Shown here piece by piece: positions 53,394 to 64,000 of a stretch of DNA of 64,000 nt (position 1 is the stretch's first letter; every line of letters starts with the position of its first letter). The notes under the pieces are model-generated. The model was given only the letters and a program-made list of their open reading frames with translations, ran no database searches and was not told the DNA's origin. The position numbers were made by a program, and so were the translations under genes. The stretch is from Octopus vulgaris (taxonomy: Eukaryota), in the NCBI GenBank assembly GCA_951406725.2, contig OX597815.1, forward strand, positions 155,496,001 to 155,560,000, in the 5' to 3' direction.

Positions 53394-53537
53394 TGACATC
53401 GAAAAATACCTTAGGAATGAGAACCCAGGTTCGAAATTTCCCCAAGACACCTGATGAAGGCTGGAGGGTATATCAGCCAAAACATTGTGTTAGCAACAAA
53501 CAAGATGAGAACAAATATCCGTCAAATGTAAATAATG
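52709..53537. mobile_element. Second head-to-head inverted dimer of the tRNA-head/(AAT)n/hammerhead element, with 14-bp TSD
   Basis: Spacerless palindromic junction tatgccatatgccc|gggcatatggcata at 53276/53277; tRNA-like heads at 53276-53202 and 53277-53346; hammerheads at 53446-53491 (+) and about 52850-52797 (-); tagaattcactcta at 52695-52708 and 53538-53551. Confidence 0.88.
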
Positions 53538-54452
53538 TAGAATTCACTCTATGCTATATCTGTGGTGACTGTATATGTCATCATCATAATTGTCATTTTT
53601 ACATCTGCTTTTCCATGCTTGTAGAGTTGGACTGGTTCTTTCCAACACAGTATTTTGCCATTTGTTGTGTACCTTTGTCATTTCTGTTATGACATCCAGA
53701 CTGGATACCTGCAACAAATGGTGAATTGATAGAATCTTTGGCACATCAAATGATTTACCTTGTTGTATTTTGTTCTGATTCTTTCTGCTCTGAGTTCAAA
53801 TCCCATTGAGAATACCTTTGCTTTTCTTTCAGGGTTGATATACAAAAAGAAGTACCAATCCAGTGTGGTGAATTGGTGAAATTCTAATAACATTGGATCA
53901 GGTGCCTTGAATTTGTTCTGGCTCTTGGTAGTCTGACTTGAAATCCCACCATGGCCTACTCAGATGGTAGACTTTATCATCTGGTTCAACTCTGCCATCT
54001 GGCTTCTTGTGAACATTTATCTGAATTAATTCTGCTGTATACATTTTGGGTCAAGTCTGGTTTAGGAATACTTCCTCTCTTCCTCCCACCAATCATGGAA
54101 GTCATAGAAGGTCATCACACTCCCTTCCCTCCTGATTAAAAGAAAAAATATCTTTTGCCTCTAACTATAATAATATTTATTATCTCTTTAAAGTGTCACT
54201 TATTTGAATTGATTTTTCCTTCATAGTCATTGTAACTTTTTAATGAAGATGTGCATACTCTTTTACTCTTTTACTTGTTTCAGTCATTTGACTGTGGCCA
54301 TGCTGGAGTACTGCCTTTAGTCAAGGAAATCGACCCCAGGACTTATTCTTTGTAAGCCTAGTACTTATTCTATCGGTCTTTGCCGAACTGCTAAGTTACG
54401 GGAGTGTAAACACACCAGCATCGGTTGTCAAGCGATGTTGGGGTGGGGGAAA

Positions 54453-54491
<39 letters not shown>

Positions 54492-56564
54492 AATATATAT
54501 ATGATGGGCTTCTTTCAGTTTCCATCTACCAAATCACCTCACAAGTCTTTGGTCAGCCAGAGGCTATAGTTGAAGACTTGGCTAAGGTGCCACGCAGTGG
54601 GACTGAACCCGGAACCATGTGGTTGGTAAGCAAGCTACTTACCACACAGCCACTTCTGCACTTATATTTACCACACAGCCACTCCTGCACCTATGGGATT
54701 CTAATTTTTTAAAAAATTTGGTACTTTTCTTTACAGATAGGTGATTGAAAAACGAAAATTGATGCCTCAAAATGTAATGATTCATGTATCAATGCTCCAT
54801 TTCTTGCCAAGAATGCTAAAAAAAAAAAATCCTCTCCCTCAAAAACCTTTAAATCAGCTGATAGACAAGAACAGAAGCAATCAGAAAATTAAATACAGAA
54901 TAAATTAAATCTCATCAGAAATTAGGAATTTCATGAGATTTGATATTTTCAGAAATTTCTATTACATAGTTTCTCAGAAGTTTCCATTTCTTTTGCTGTG
55001 ATTTTTGCAGTCAATGTTGAATTTTGTTAAGTAATATTGTCAAGTCTAGGTTCAATTTCTAATCAAGCAGCCCTATAAGAAAAAAAATGTGTGCCATTCA
55101 TGACCAACTTCACGATGCATCAGTATTTTGTACTGTAATCTTCCCAAATTCACAAAGATTTTCTTAAAATTTAATGGGTTTTAAAAAATAGGTTTTCCTA
55201 TCTTGTAAATTTAACTGCTTCAATCACCAGGGCATGCCTTGCTATAAAAGCTTCTCATCAGAGATTTCCTTTTCATTTTTCATGAAACAGTTATTGATTT
55301 TAATGTTTCCTGCTGTCCCCACTCACTCTAAGAACTGGAAGCAAATATCAAAACAGAAAAGAAAAAAGAAAATTTCTTAAATTTTCAATATAACAGAATT
55401 TCTTCATCTATTCTTCCTCTTCATGATAAAAGATTTTTTGTTGTTGATGATAAGGATAGGGAAGGTGAAGCAGTTTAGTGGAATTAAATTTTAGACAAGT
55501 GATTTTGATTTCAATTTGATTACAGTTGTTTGGGAAGGAGTGTCAACGGGCTTAAAAAAAAATCAATAACTAATCAACAGAATTTTTTTCTTGTATGCTA
55601 CTTTAACATGATTCTAATACTGACTTTATTGAAGATATTGTGGTCTCCGAATAAGTGAAGATATAACAGATGAATATGAGTGTCATCACATATTTCATTA
55701 AGACTCTGCAATGTGTAATAAGTCTGATAGAGCCTATCCTTCTGCTATTGAAGATTTCAATAACAGTCATTTGATATAAAAATGGAAGAGACTATAACTT
55801 CTTAAATCTTGTGTTCAATTTTACATGTGTAATTATCTTATTATTTAGAACAAGGTTAGTCCTAGCCTAGCTGACCCCTGATCAAAGGCATTCCAGCTGT
55901 GATTAAAGTATCTTTCTAGGCATAGGGTAATCAGGATTATGTTATATACACTTCCATTTTTTTTTAAAGATGATAGGGTCTAATTTGGTTGTTGTTCCTT
56001 CTCGAGCCATGCCTGGCTCATAAGGGCCGGTTTCCCGGTTTCTTGGCATATAGGTTCCCCACCTGGATGGGACGCCAGTCCATCGCAGATGAGCTGCAAG
56101 ATGCAGGAGGAAAGAGTGAGAGAAAGTTGTGGTGAAGTTTTGCCATTACCTTCTGTCGGAGCTGCATGAAGCTTAGGTGTTTCGTTCATAAACACACACA
56201 TCGCCTGGTCTGAGATTCGAACCCATGATCTCTTGACCACGAGCCCGCTGCTCTAATCACTAGGCCATGTGCCTCCACTAGTGTCTAATTTGAGGAAGAT
56301 CAGGTTACTATTTCTAGTAGATCCAACATCAGCATCAACATCTGTAGCTTGTGTTGCATTGAATCTCTTGGCAAAACTTACCTTGCCAAAAATAGGTTGG
56401 TCATCTTCGAGAAATGCCAACTTTAAAACATTTACATACTACCCATGGTGATTTTCATTTTAACATCTGATTAATGTTATGAAACCAAAGCTGAGTCATT
56501 TACAGGTTTTGGAAACTTGCTATATAATTTCATTATTTAGAATTTAAAAGGAAAATGTATTTAC

Positions 56565-56615
56565 CTTTTGTTCATTTGTTAACATGGTGGTCATCCAAGC
56601 ACGACTACTTGGGTC
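56565..56615 (-). CDS. PLCE1: PLC-epsilon 51-nt exon, RA1-RA2 linker (DPSSRAWMTTMLTNEQK)
   Basis: Acceptor ttctgttgcttttag|GAC, donor AAG|gtaaat, 17 codons, phase 0/0, joins both neighbours in frame. DPSSRAW resembles the invertebrate PLC-epsilon linker as I recall it. Too short for the ORF track. Confidence 0.85.
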
Positions 56616-57469
56616 CTAAAAGCAACAGAAAGAATTATATTTAGTATTTATCAATTTATATAAGTTATTTATTTTATAACACAATTTATACCAGCATGGA
56701 AAACTATGATGTTATTGGTATTGAACTACAAAACAAGATATTTAATACTTTTACCTCAACACCTTTTTGTATCAGCTGCAGGATTCTCAATGGTAGATAT
56801 ATTGTTTACAAGACAGAATGTAATATAATGTAATTCCACTTAGGCTGGTGAGAGTTATCAACCTTCAATGCCACTTGACCGCAGATATATAGTCCAGGAT
56901 GAGGCATTAAACTGCATCTGGTAGTGAGGCTCCAGTTCAAGAATTAAGAGGTTCTATGGAGCTGTAGCCTCATCATTAATACTTCCAGCGCCACTCTTGT
57001 TCAAGGTAGAAATACCTGTCAAAGGCCCTATTTATAGGACAAATAACAGAAGATAGTCCTGTGGATAAGGCACAAGACTCAGAGGAGTGCTGGCTCCTTA
57101 GCATAAGTCACACAGGCCTCCAGTGTATCGACATGCCTTGATGTAACATGAACTAGTCTTCTTGCTTAAGATTTAAAAAGGCTCTGTGCCTTAAGAATAA
57201 GCTTGGGAAAACAGAAGTTAAGCAGAGTAAACTGTAGATAAACTAGCAGAAGGTAATAGGAAAGCACTGGGAAGAAAACTAGGTCTTTAACTTTGACATG
57301 GAGGTCCATCATTGCCAGTACCCGTAAAACAGGCAAGGCACATGAAATACACACATTAACTACTGACCTTTCAAACAGTTAGTCAGCATGCCACCTCAGT
57401 TTGCAAAAAAATATATTGAATAAAGAAAAACAAAAAAAAGAGGGGAGGGAAGAAAAATTAAATACTTAC

Positions 57470-57664
57470 ATCACTCATTTTTCGAAGGATAAATTTGCCT
57501 GATCCCTTCCATTTATTTTGAGATGCTAGTAGTTTTTCAGACATATCCAGAATTCTCTGAGTACAAGGCTTTTCCTGGTCTTTTCTCTCCCAACCACTTT
57601 GAACTTCTTCAACCAAGACATAATTCGCAACTTTTTCTTCACTTTTCCCTGCCTTTAGTAAAGC
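57470..57664 (-). CDS. PLCE1: Phospholipase C epsilon exon: C-terminal half of Ras-association domain RA1 (65 aa)
   Basis: Acceptor tttttaaag|GCT, donor GAT|gtaagt, 195 nt, phase 0/0. Translates ALLKAGKSEEKVANYVLVEEVQSGWERKDQEKPCTQRILDMSEKLLASQNKWKGSGKFILRKMSD, matching the PLC-epsilon RA pattern YVLxEEV...QRxL...QxKWKGxGKFIL. Confidence 0.93.
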
Positions 57665-59870
57665 CTTTAAAAACGAAAACAACAAAATAACTGGTTAATA
57701 TGCTCTGTAAGTAATGTGGAATCATACCAAATGTTGGTCTGTAAGATTCATAACAACTCATCAGATTCCAGCTAGATTCAGTCCATTCTTTAAATACTCT
57801 TGCATTTTTCTTGCTCTTTCTCTCTCTCTCTCTCTCTCCTACCTCTGTCCGCATGTCTGTTTGCCTGTTTGTCTGTCTGTGTGTGTCTCTCTCCCCCTCT
57901 CTCTCTTTCTCTCTCTCTCTTTTTCTTTCTCTCTCTTTCCCCTCTCTGCAACTGGATTAATTTAGGTAAGAAAGGGAAATAAATTCATTATTTTTCAGGC
58001 AAACGTATCTGACACATCATCTTATATCAGGCTTCTATCAAGAAATAGAAAGGATGAGATATGCAGGGTGGACAATATTCAATATTCCTTTTCTTTTCAG
58101 CACATTAGGATATGGGACTTATAGTGTCTAACACCCCTTTCTCCTCTTCTCAGCCTCATGGTGACCTTAGTGTCACCCTAGCTTCTAAAACCCATCTTCA
58201 TCACTGGATCTATAATAAATGCATAGATATACTCATATCTCAAATTTATTGCTTCACCTCCATGCTATGTCTTTTGTGTATTTTACCATTACTACAATAC
58301 ACTGTTCTTATCATGCAAACACAGAATTCAAAGACTTGGTTTATATCTACAAGGGGTTGCTAAATAGTTTCTGGCTTTAAGACCTGGTTGGAGGTGCAGC
58401 TTTCCAAGTTCTTTTACGGGGCTTAGAAAGATTGAGGAACCACTGCAATAAGTGTGTGAATCTGAGAAGGGAATATATTGAATAAAAGATCATAATAGGT
58501 GCAGGAGTGGCTGTGTGGTAAGTAGCTTGCTTACCAACCACATGGTTCTGGGTTCAGTCCCACTGCGTGACGGCCGACCAAAGCCTCGTGAGTGGATTTG
58601 GTAGACAGAAACTGAAAGAAGCCCATCGTATATATGTATATGTATATATATATATATGTGTGTGTGTGTGAGTGTGTGTGTGTGTTTGTCTCCCCAACAT
58701 CGCTTGACAACTGATGCTGGTGTGTTTATGTCCCTGTAACTTAGCAGTTCGGCAAAAGAGACTGATAGATTAAGTACTAGGCTTACAACCAATAAGTCTG
58801 GGGTCGATTTGCTCAACTAAAGGCGGTGCTCCAGCATAGCTGCAGTCAAATGACTGAAACAAGTAAAAGAGTAAAAGAGTAAAGAGTAATCAACTGGTCC
58901 TCCGGTATTTTCAGGAACTTTTCAGCACCCCATCGTATTAAGCACATTTAAGAGAAAGTTTGCAAGTTTCCTAAAATATCTGCTATGAGGATATCTTTAT
59001 CACACAAGCAGCCATATGCAGATTGGAAATTATGGTCACCTACATACAATAGGCCTTCATATCTCTGGTGGTGTCTTTCAGGGAATCTCAATTGTTATTT
59101 GGAGAATTACTAAATCTTTATCTCAAGAAGGAAATAGAGAGAAAACTTGGATAAAACCAGATGCAATCAGAAATTTTCTTATTTCTTTATTGCACACAAG
59201 GGGCTAAATATAGAGGGAACAAACAAGGACAGACAAAGAGATTAAGTCGATTACATCGAACCCAGTGCATAACTGGTACTTAATTTATTAACCCTGAAAG
59301 GATGAAAGAGAAAGTCGATCTCAGCGGAATTTGAGCTCAGAACGTAACGGCAGACAAAATACATCAAAGCATTTCAACTGGTGCGCTAACATTTCTTATT
59401 TCTTTATTGCCCACAAGGGGCTAAACATAGAGGGGACAAACAAGGACAGACAAAGAGATTAAGTCGATTATATCGACCCCAGTGCGTAACTGGTACTTAT
59501 TTAATCGACCCTGAAAAGAGGAAAGGCAAAGTCAACCTTGGTGGAATTTGAACTCAGAACATAGTGGCAGACGAAATACCGCTAAGCATTTCAACCAGCA
59601 TGCTAATGTTTCTGCCAGCTCGCTGCGTTTCAGAAATTTTCGCCGCAATCAGAAATTTTCTGCTGAGGTTATTATCTTGCCACTTGACATGGGACATAAC
59701 AGAGTTTATTAGTCTGTTGACAAGTAGGTTCCATGACAGTTCGTATTTGAGAAGGGGCTCTGCTCCTTTTTTATTCCAAGAGCAAGCAAATAAGTGGATC
59801 TGAAACCTATTCTCAACACACAATCACACACATCTACACACATATGAAAGTATAATGATAATATTATTAA

Positions 59871-60326
59871 CCCTTTCATTACTGTATTTATTTTGAGATG
59901 CTCTGTGTTTCTTTCAATTACTTTAAATATAACAAAGAATTTAGTAAAACAACTTAGTTATTATTCAGCTAGTGTTAGGAACATAAATTGTGACTAAGGT
60001 TTGGTGGAAGATTTTAATCCAAAACTTATGTAAACGAGACATTTGTACTCAGAGCCAGTGCCAGTTTCAGCCGGATTGGTATTGAAAGGGTTAATGTCCA
60101 TTCTTTAACTTTTTCATTATTGTATTGATTTTGAGATGCTCTGTTTCTTTCAATTACTTTAAATATAACAAAGAATTTAGTAAAACAACTTAGTTATCAT
60201 TCAGCTAGTGTTAGGAACATAAATTGTGAATAAGGTCTGGTAGAAGATTTTAATTCAAAACTTATGAAATCAAGACATTTGCACTCAGAGCCAGAACCAC
60301 TTTCAGTCGGGTTGGTATTGAAAAGG
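59871..60326. mobile_element. Two adjacent same-orientation copies of a piggyBac-type MITE (59871-60090, 60109-60326)
   Basis: Each is bounded by TTAA with ccctttc...gaaaggg ends; bodies nearly identical; 10-bp spacer between the inner TTAA sites. Confidence 0.85.
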
Positions 60327-61727
60327 TTAAAGAAAAGAGGCAAACAACTGAAGATTAAATATTCTAATATTCAAAGGATTCAGGAGAAGTAAATGGCTGA
60401 AAAATCTATCATTGGAAGATTATTACATACAGAACATGGGCACAAGCATAGCCATGTAGTTAAAAATATTACTTCACAACCACATGAACCCAGGTTCAAT
60501 TCCACCATGTGACAGCTTAGATAACTGTCGACAATCTAAGGCTAGATTATCAGCATCATTTAATGTCCATTTTCCATGCTGGCATGGGCTGGAGGATTTG
60601 ACAGGAGCTGACCAGCCAGGGAGCTGGCCAGACTCTAATTGTCTGTTGTGGCAAGGTTTCCATGGCAGTACGCCATTCTTGATGCCAACCACCCTACAGA
60701 GTGTGCTTGGTGCTTTTTACATGCCACTGGCATGGGTGTGTTTATGCGACACTGACATGAGTACATTTTACGTGGCGCTGGCATGTGTAAGGGACATGCT
60801 TATACGTATGGATCACTGTGATTCTACTTTGGATTCTCAAGTACAGCAAATCATCACAACCCCTGGTCCTTTGTCATTTCTTTAGTGAGGCCCAGTGTCT
60901 GAAGATCCTTTCTCACCACTTCGTTCCAAGTCTTCCATGGTCCACCCCTTGCACAGGTTCCCTCCACAATTAGAGCTTGGCACTTCTTTATGCAGCTGAC
61001 CTCATCCATATTCATCATCACAGCAGTCTTCATCCATACTTTTTTACTCTTTTACTTGTTTCAGTCATTTGACTGCAGCCATGCTGGAGCACCGCCTTTA
61101 ATTGAGCAAATCGACTCCAGAACTTATTCTTTGTAAGCCTACAACTTACCGAACCACTAAGTTACAGGGATGTAAACACACCCGCATCGGTTGTCAAGCA
61201 ATGTTAGAGGGACAAACACAGACACAAATATATATATACATATATACGACGGGATTCTTTCAGTTTCCGTCTACCAAATCCATCTCACAAGGTTTTGGTC
61301 GGCTCAAGGCTATAGTAAAAGACAGTTGCCCAAGGTGCCATGCAGTAGGACTAAACCCGGAACCATGTGGTTGGTAAGCAAGCTACTTACCACACAGCTA
61401 CTCCTGCCATATGTAATAATAATTTTTATAAATAAAATAGAAAGCAATTATAAAATACCTGAGACAAAGCAGCTTGACAAACAGTTACTATGAATAATAA
61501 TGATTAGGAGTGGTTATATTAGTATTCTGAAATTCTTAAATAAGGATAGGACTGGATTTAATTTATTTATTTGACGTATGTTAACGAAGCCACTACTATT
61601 TGACATTGAGATGGTTTACTAGAGAACAAAAAAGGAATGCTTTTAATTGGTCTGTCCCAATTCTGGAGTATAAACAGAAATAACAGTTGCTGTTGCTTTG
61701 CTTACAACTTGTCCAAGTTTAATTATT

Positions 61728-62095
61728 CTGGTTAGAATGGAAGTTAAGTGACACTGGTTAGTATTGAAACGTAATTTTTGCGCTGATTTATTTGGAAATT
61801 ATTTAGTTGGAACTGGTTAGTATAGAAACTGATTAGTTAGCACTGGTTAGTATAGACATTGATTAGTTTGCACTGGTACAGATGCTAACCAGTTTGTACT
61901 TATCAAATTATAATTTAATAAGTGAATAAACATATACTAGTTAATATAGAGAATAACCGGCTTACAGAAATTAACTAGCTTGTAGTGGTCAATAGGGAAA
62001 TTAACCAATTAGAACTGGTTAGTACAGAAACTATTAATTTTGAAGTAATTAGGATAGAAACTTTCTTGCTTGCACTGGTAAATATAGAAACTTGG
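61728..62095. repeat. Degenerate minisatellite, unit about 30 bp (ctggttagtatagaaactgattagttwgca)
   Basis: ctggttagta recurs at about 30-bp spacing with diverged units. Confidence 0.65.
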
Positions 62096-64000
62096 CTTTT
62101 ATATTTTACACATATTATTACAAATGCTTTTCTGCTTTTTTTCCACCAAGCAAATTTGTTCTGGATAATGTTCAAACATAACTTTAAATTATTGACTCTT
62201 ATAGAATAGAAAAACGGAAGGCTAAAAGAAAACATGATAAACTCAGAACTGTAGAGAAATGCGATGGAAACTATTTGAATTAATTACCAATTATTGAAGT
62301 ACTAAGTGAAAACAAATAGCTATCTTAATGATAGATGTTGGAGAATATATTTGTCTACTATATCATTCATTTATTATTAAAATGCTCTGTAAAGTTTGTT
62401 TTCCTTTATTTTTTGATTAACAAGAACTCTGTAGCCAATGAAGAAAGCCATTCAATCTGCATGAAATAGCAGCAAAATAACCCTGAAATTACACCACATC
62501 ATCTTATATTCAACAATGTAGAAATCCGACCTTTGAACGTTGGGCCTCACAGAAGCAATGATGAAAGACCGAGACCTCTGGAGATTTGCTGTGACTACGA
62601 AGACCCGACAAATGAAGTGTATTTGTGGCTTGCAGGACGGCCTGCTGTCCTTACCTTGGATCGTCGGGTGATCTGCTGTGCTTGAAGAGATCTATTGAGT
62701 CAAGTACGTCAACATCGACATCAAAATAAAAATCAAATGGAAATTGTAGTAGTGATAGTCGTGCTGGTGGCATGTAAAAAGCACCATCTGAACATGGCCG
62801 ATGCCAGCGTTGCCGTGACTGACATCTGTGCCGGTGGCATGTTAAAAGCACCCACTACACTCAAGGAGTGGTTGGCGTTAGGAAGGGCATCCAGCTGTAG
62901 AAACACTGCCAGATCAGAATGGAGCCTGATGCAGCTTCCTGACTTCCCAGACCCTGGTCGAACGGTCCAATCCAAGCTAGCATGGAAAGAAGATGTTAAA
63001 TGATGATCATAATCATGATCATGATGATATATATATAAACACCATGAAATGGTTGTAGTTAGAATGCCTTTAATTATAGGTCTGCTGATCAAGGGCTAAA
63101 CAACAAAAATTTCTTGATTTTACAACCAGACATTCCTCAGTTACTATCCTATTATCTTATAGTAAAAAGTGAAAGACACATAGGATTATGTAAACTTGGG
63201 TTTATGCGGAAAAAAAACAAAGAAAAAAAAAACTGGGATGGTTAGTGTTGGAATGTCTGATCAAAGGAGTGCACAATCAAGGCTAATTTGCATTTAAGCA
63301 GTGACTATGACTGTACAATATGAACTCATTTGTTTTCTTTTATGTTTTTCATGAAGCAACACACAACATGGCTTAGTGGTTAGAGAATTGGACTTGCAAT
63401 CATGTGGTTATGAGTTTGATTCCCGGACTGGGCTGTGTGTTATATTCTTGAGCAAAGTACTTTATTTCACATTGCTCTAATTCACTCAGCTGTAGAAATG
63501 AGTTGTGATATCGTTGGTGCCAAGCTGTGCCTTTCTCATGGACAACATTGGTGGTGGGGAGAGAGGAGACTGGTATCCATGTGCAACTGCTGGTCTTCCA
63601 CAAACAAGCTTGCGTGGATTTGTGTTCTTGGAGGGGAACTTTCTAGGTGCAATCCAACAGTCATTCATGATCAAAGGGGGTCTTTACCCTTTATCCCTGT
63701 GTCTACTCTCTCAGCCTTGCAGTAATCACTTTTACTGTGAAGAGAATTTCAAGAAGAGCAGCCTTCAGGAATTCCTTTGTTGCTTGTGTTTTACTTGAAT
63801 CTTCAAAAAGATCATCAAGGGTATTGATCTCACCAGTCAGTGAGGACCTGTGAAAGCCATAAGTACAATTTTTTTTCTCTAGAGTAAATCAAAATAACTT
63901 AACAGATCTAATAAGTTTATCTTCCCTTGGACAGAGTAATACCTTATTACAAGAACCCAGCATTTGGATTAACTTGGCACAGCAGGTCAATAAATCATTC

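Noticed and set aside
61728-62095. Regularly spaced motif resembling a CRISPR-like array
   Set aside because: Units are degenerate tandem copies without unique spacers, in a eukaryotic intron with no cas genes.
63705-63850. Minus-strand frame after a possible acceptor (SSLTGEINTLDDLFEDSSKTQ...) as an upstream PLCE1 exon
   Set aside because: No resemblance to the expected first half of RA1 and no convincing in-phase donor; that exon probably lies beyond the window.

Overview
AT-rich, microsatellite-dense animal DNA, not prokaryotic. The SINE and LINE families look like those of octopus (coleoid cephalopod) genomes; this is recognition, not a database result. The only host gene I can support is the 3' end of a phospholipase C epsilon (PLCE1) gene on the minus strand. 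It has six GT-AG coding exons that splice in phase (57664-57470, 56615-56565, 52016-51867, 50391-50146, 41184-41046, 21898-21729). They encode the second half of RA1, the linker, RA2 and a basic C-terminal tail. The rest is intron, probable 3'UTR and intergenic DNA filled with transposon relics: RTE, CR1, BovB-like and R4-like LINEs, a deleted Gypsy, two deleted mariners, several MITEs, a Penelope GIY-YIG fragment and several tRNA-derived SINE families. The most unusual signal is a set of minimal hammerhead-ribozyme motifs (CUGANGA - stem II - GAAA - short palindrome - UH) in about seven unrelated repeat families. Several of these sit in fold-back pairs. One family joins a tRNA-like Pol III head to a hammerhead tail and occurs twice as a head-to-head inverted dimer flanked by one target-site duplication. 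It looks like a candidate SINE/retrozyme mobilised by Penelope-like elements. Every hammerhead copy here carries decay mutations, so activity is inferred only for reconstructed consensus sequences. Most ORFs in the supplied track are microsatellite or repeat artefacts.
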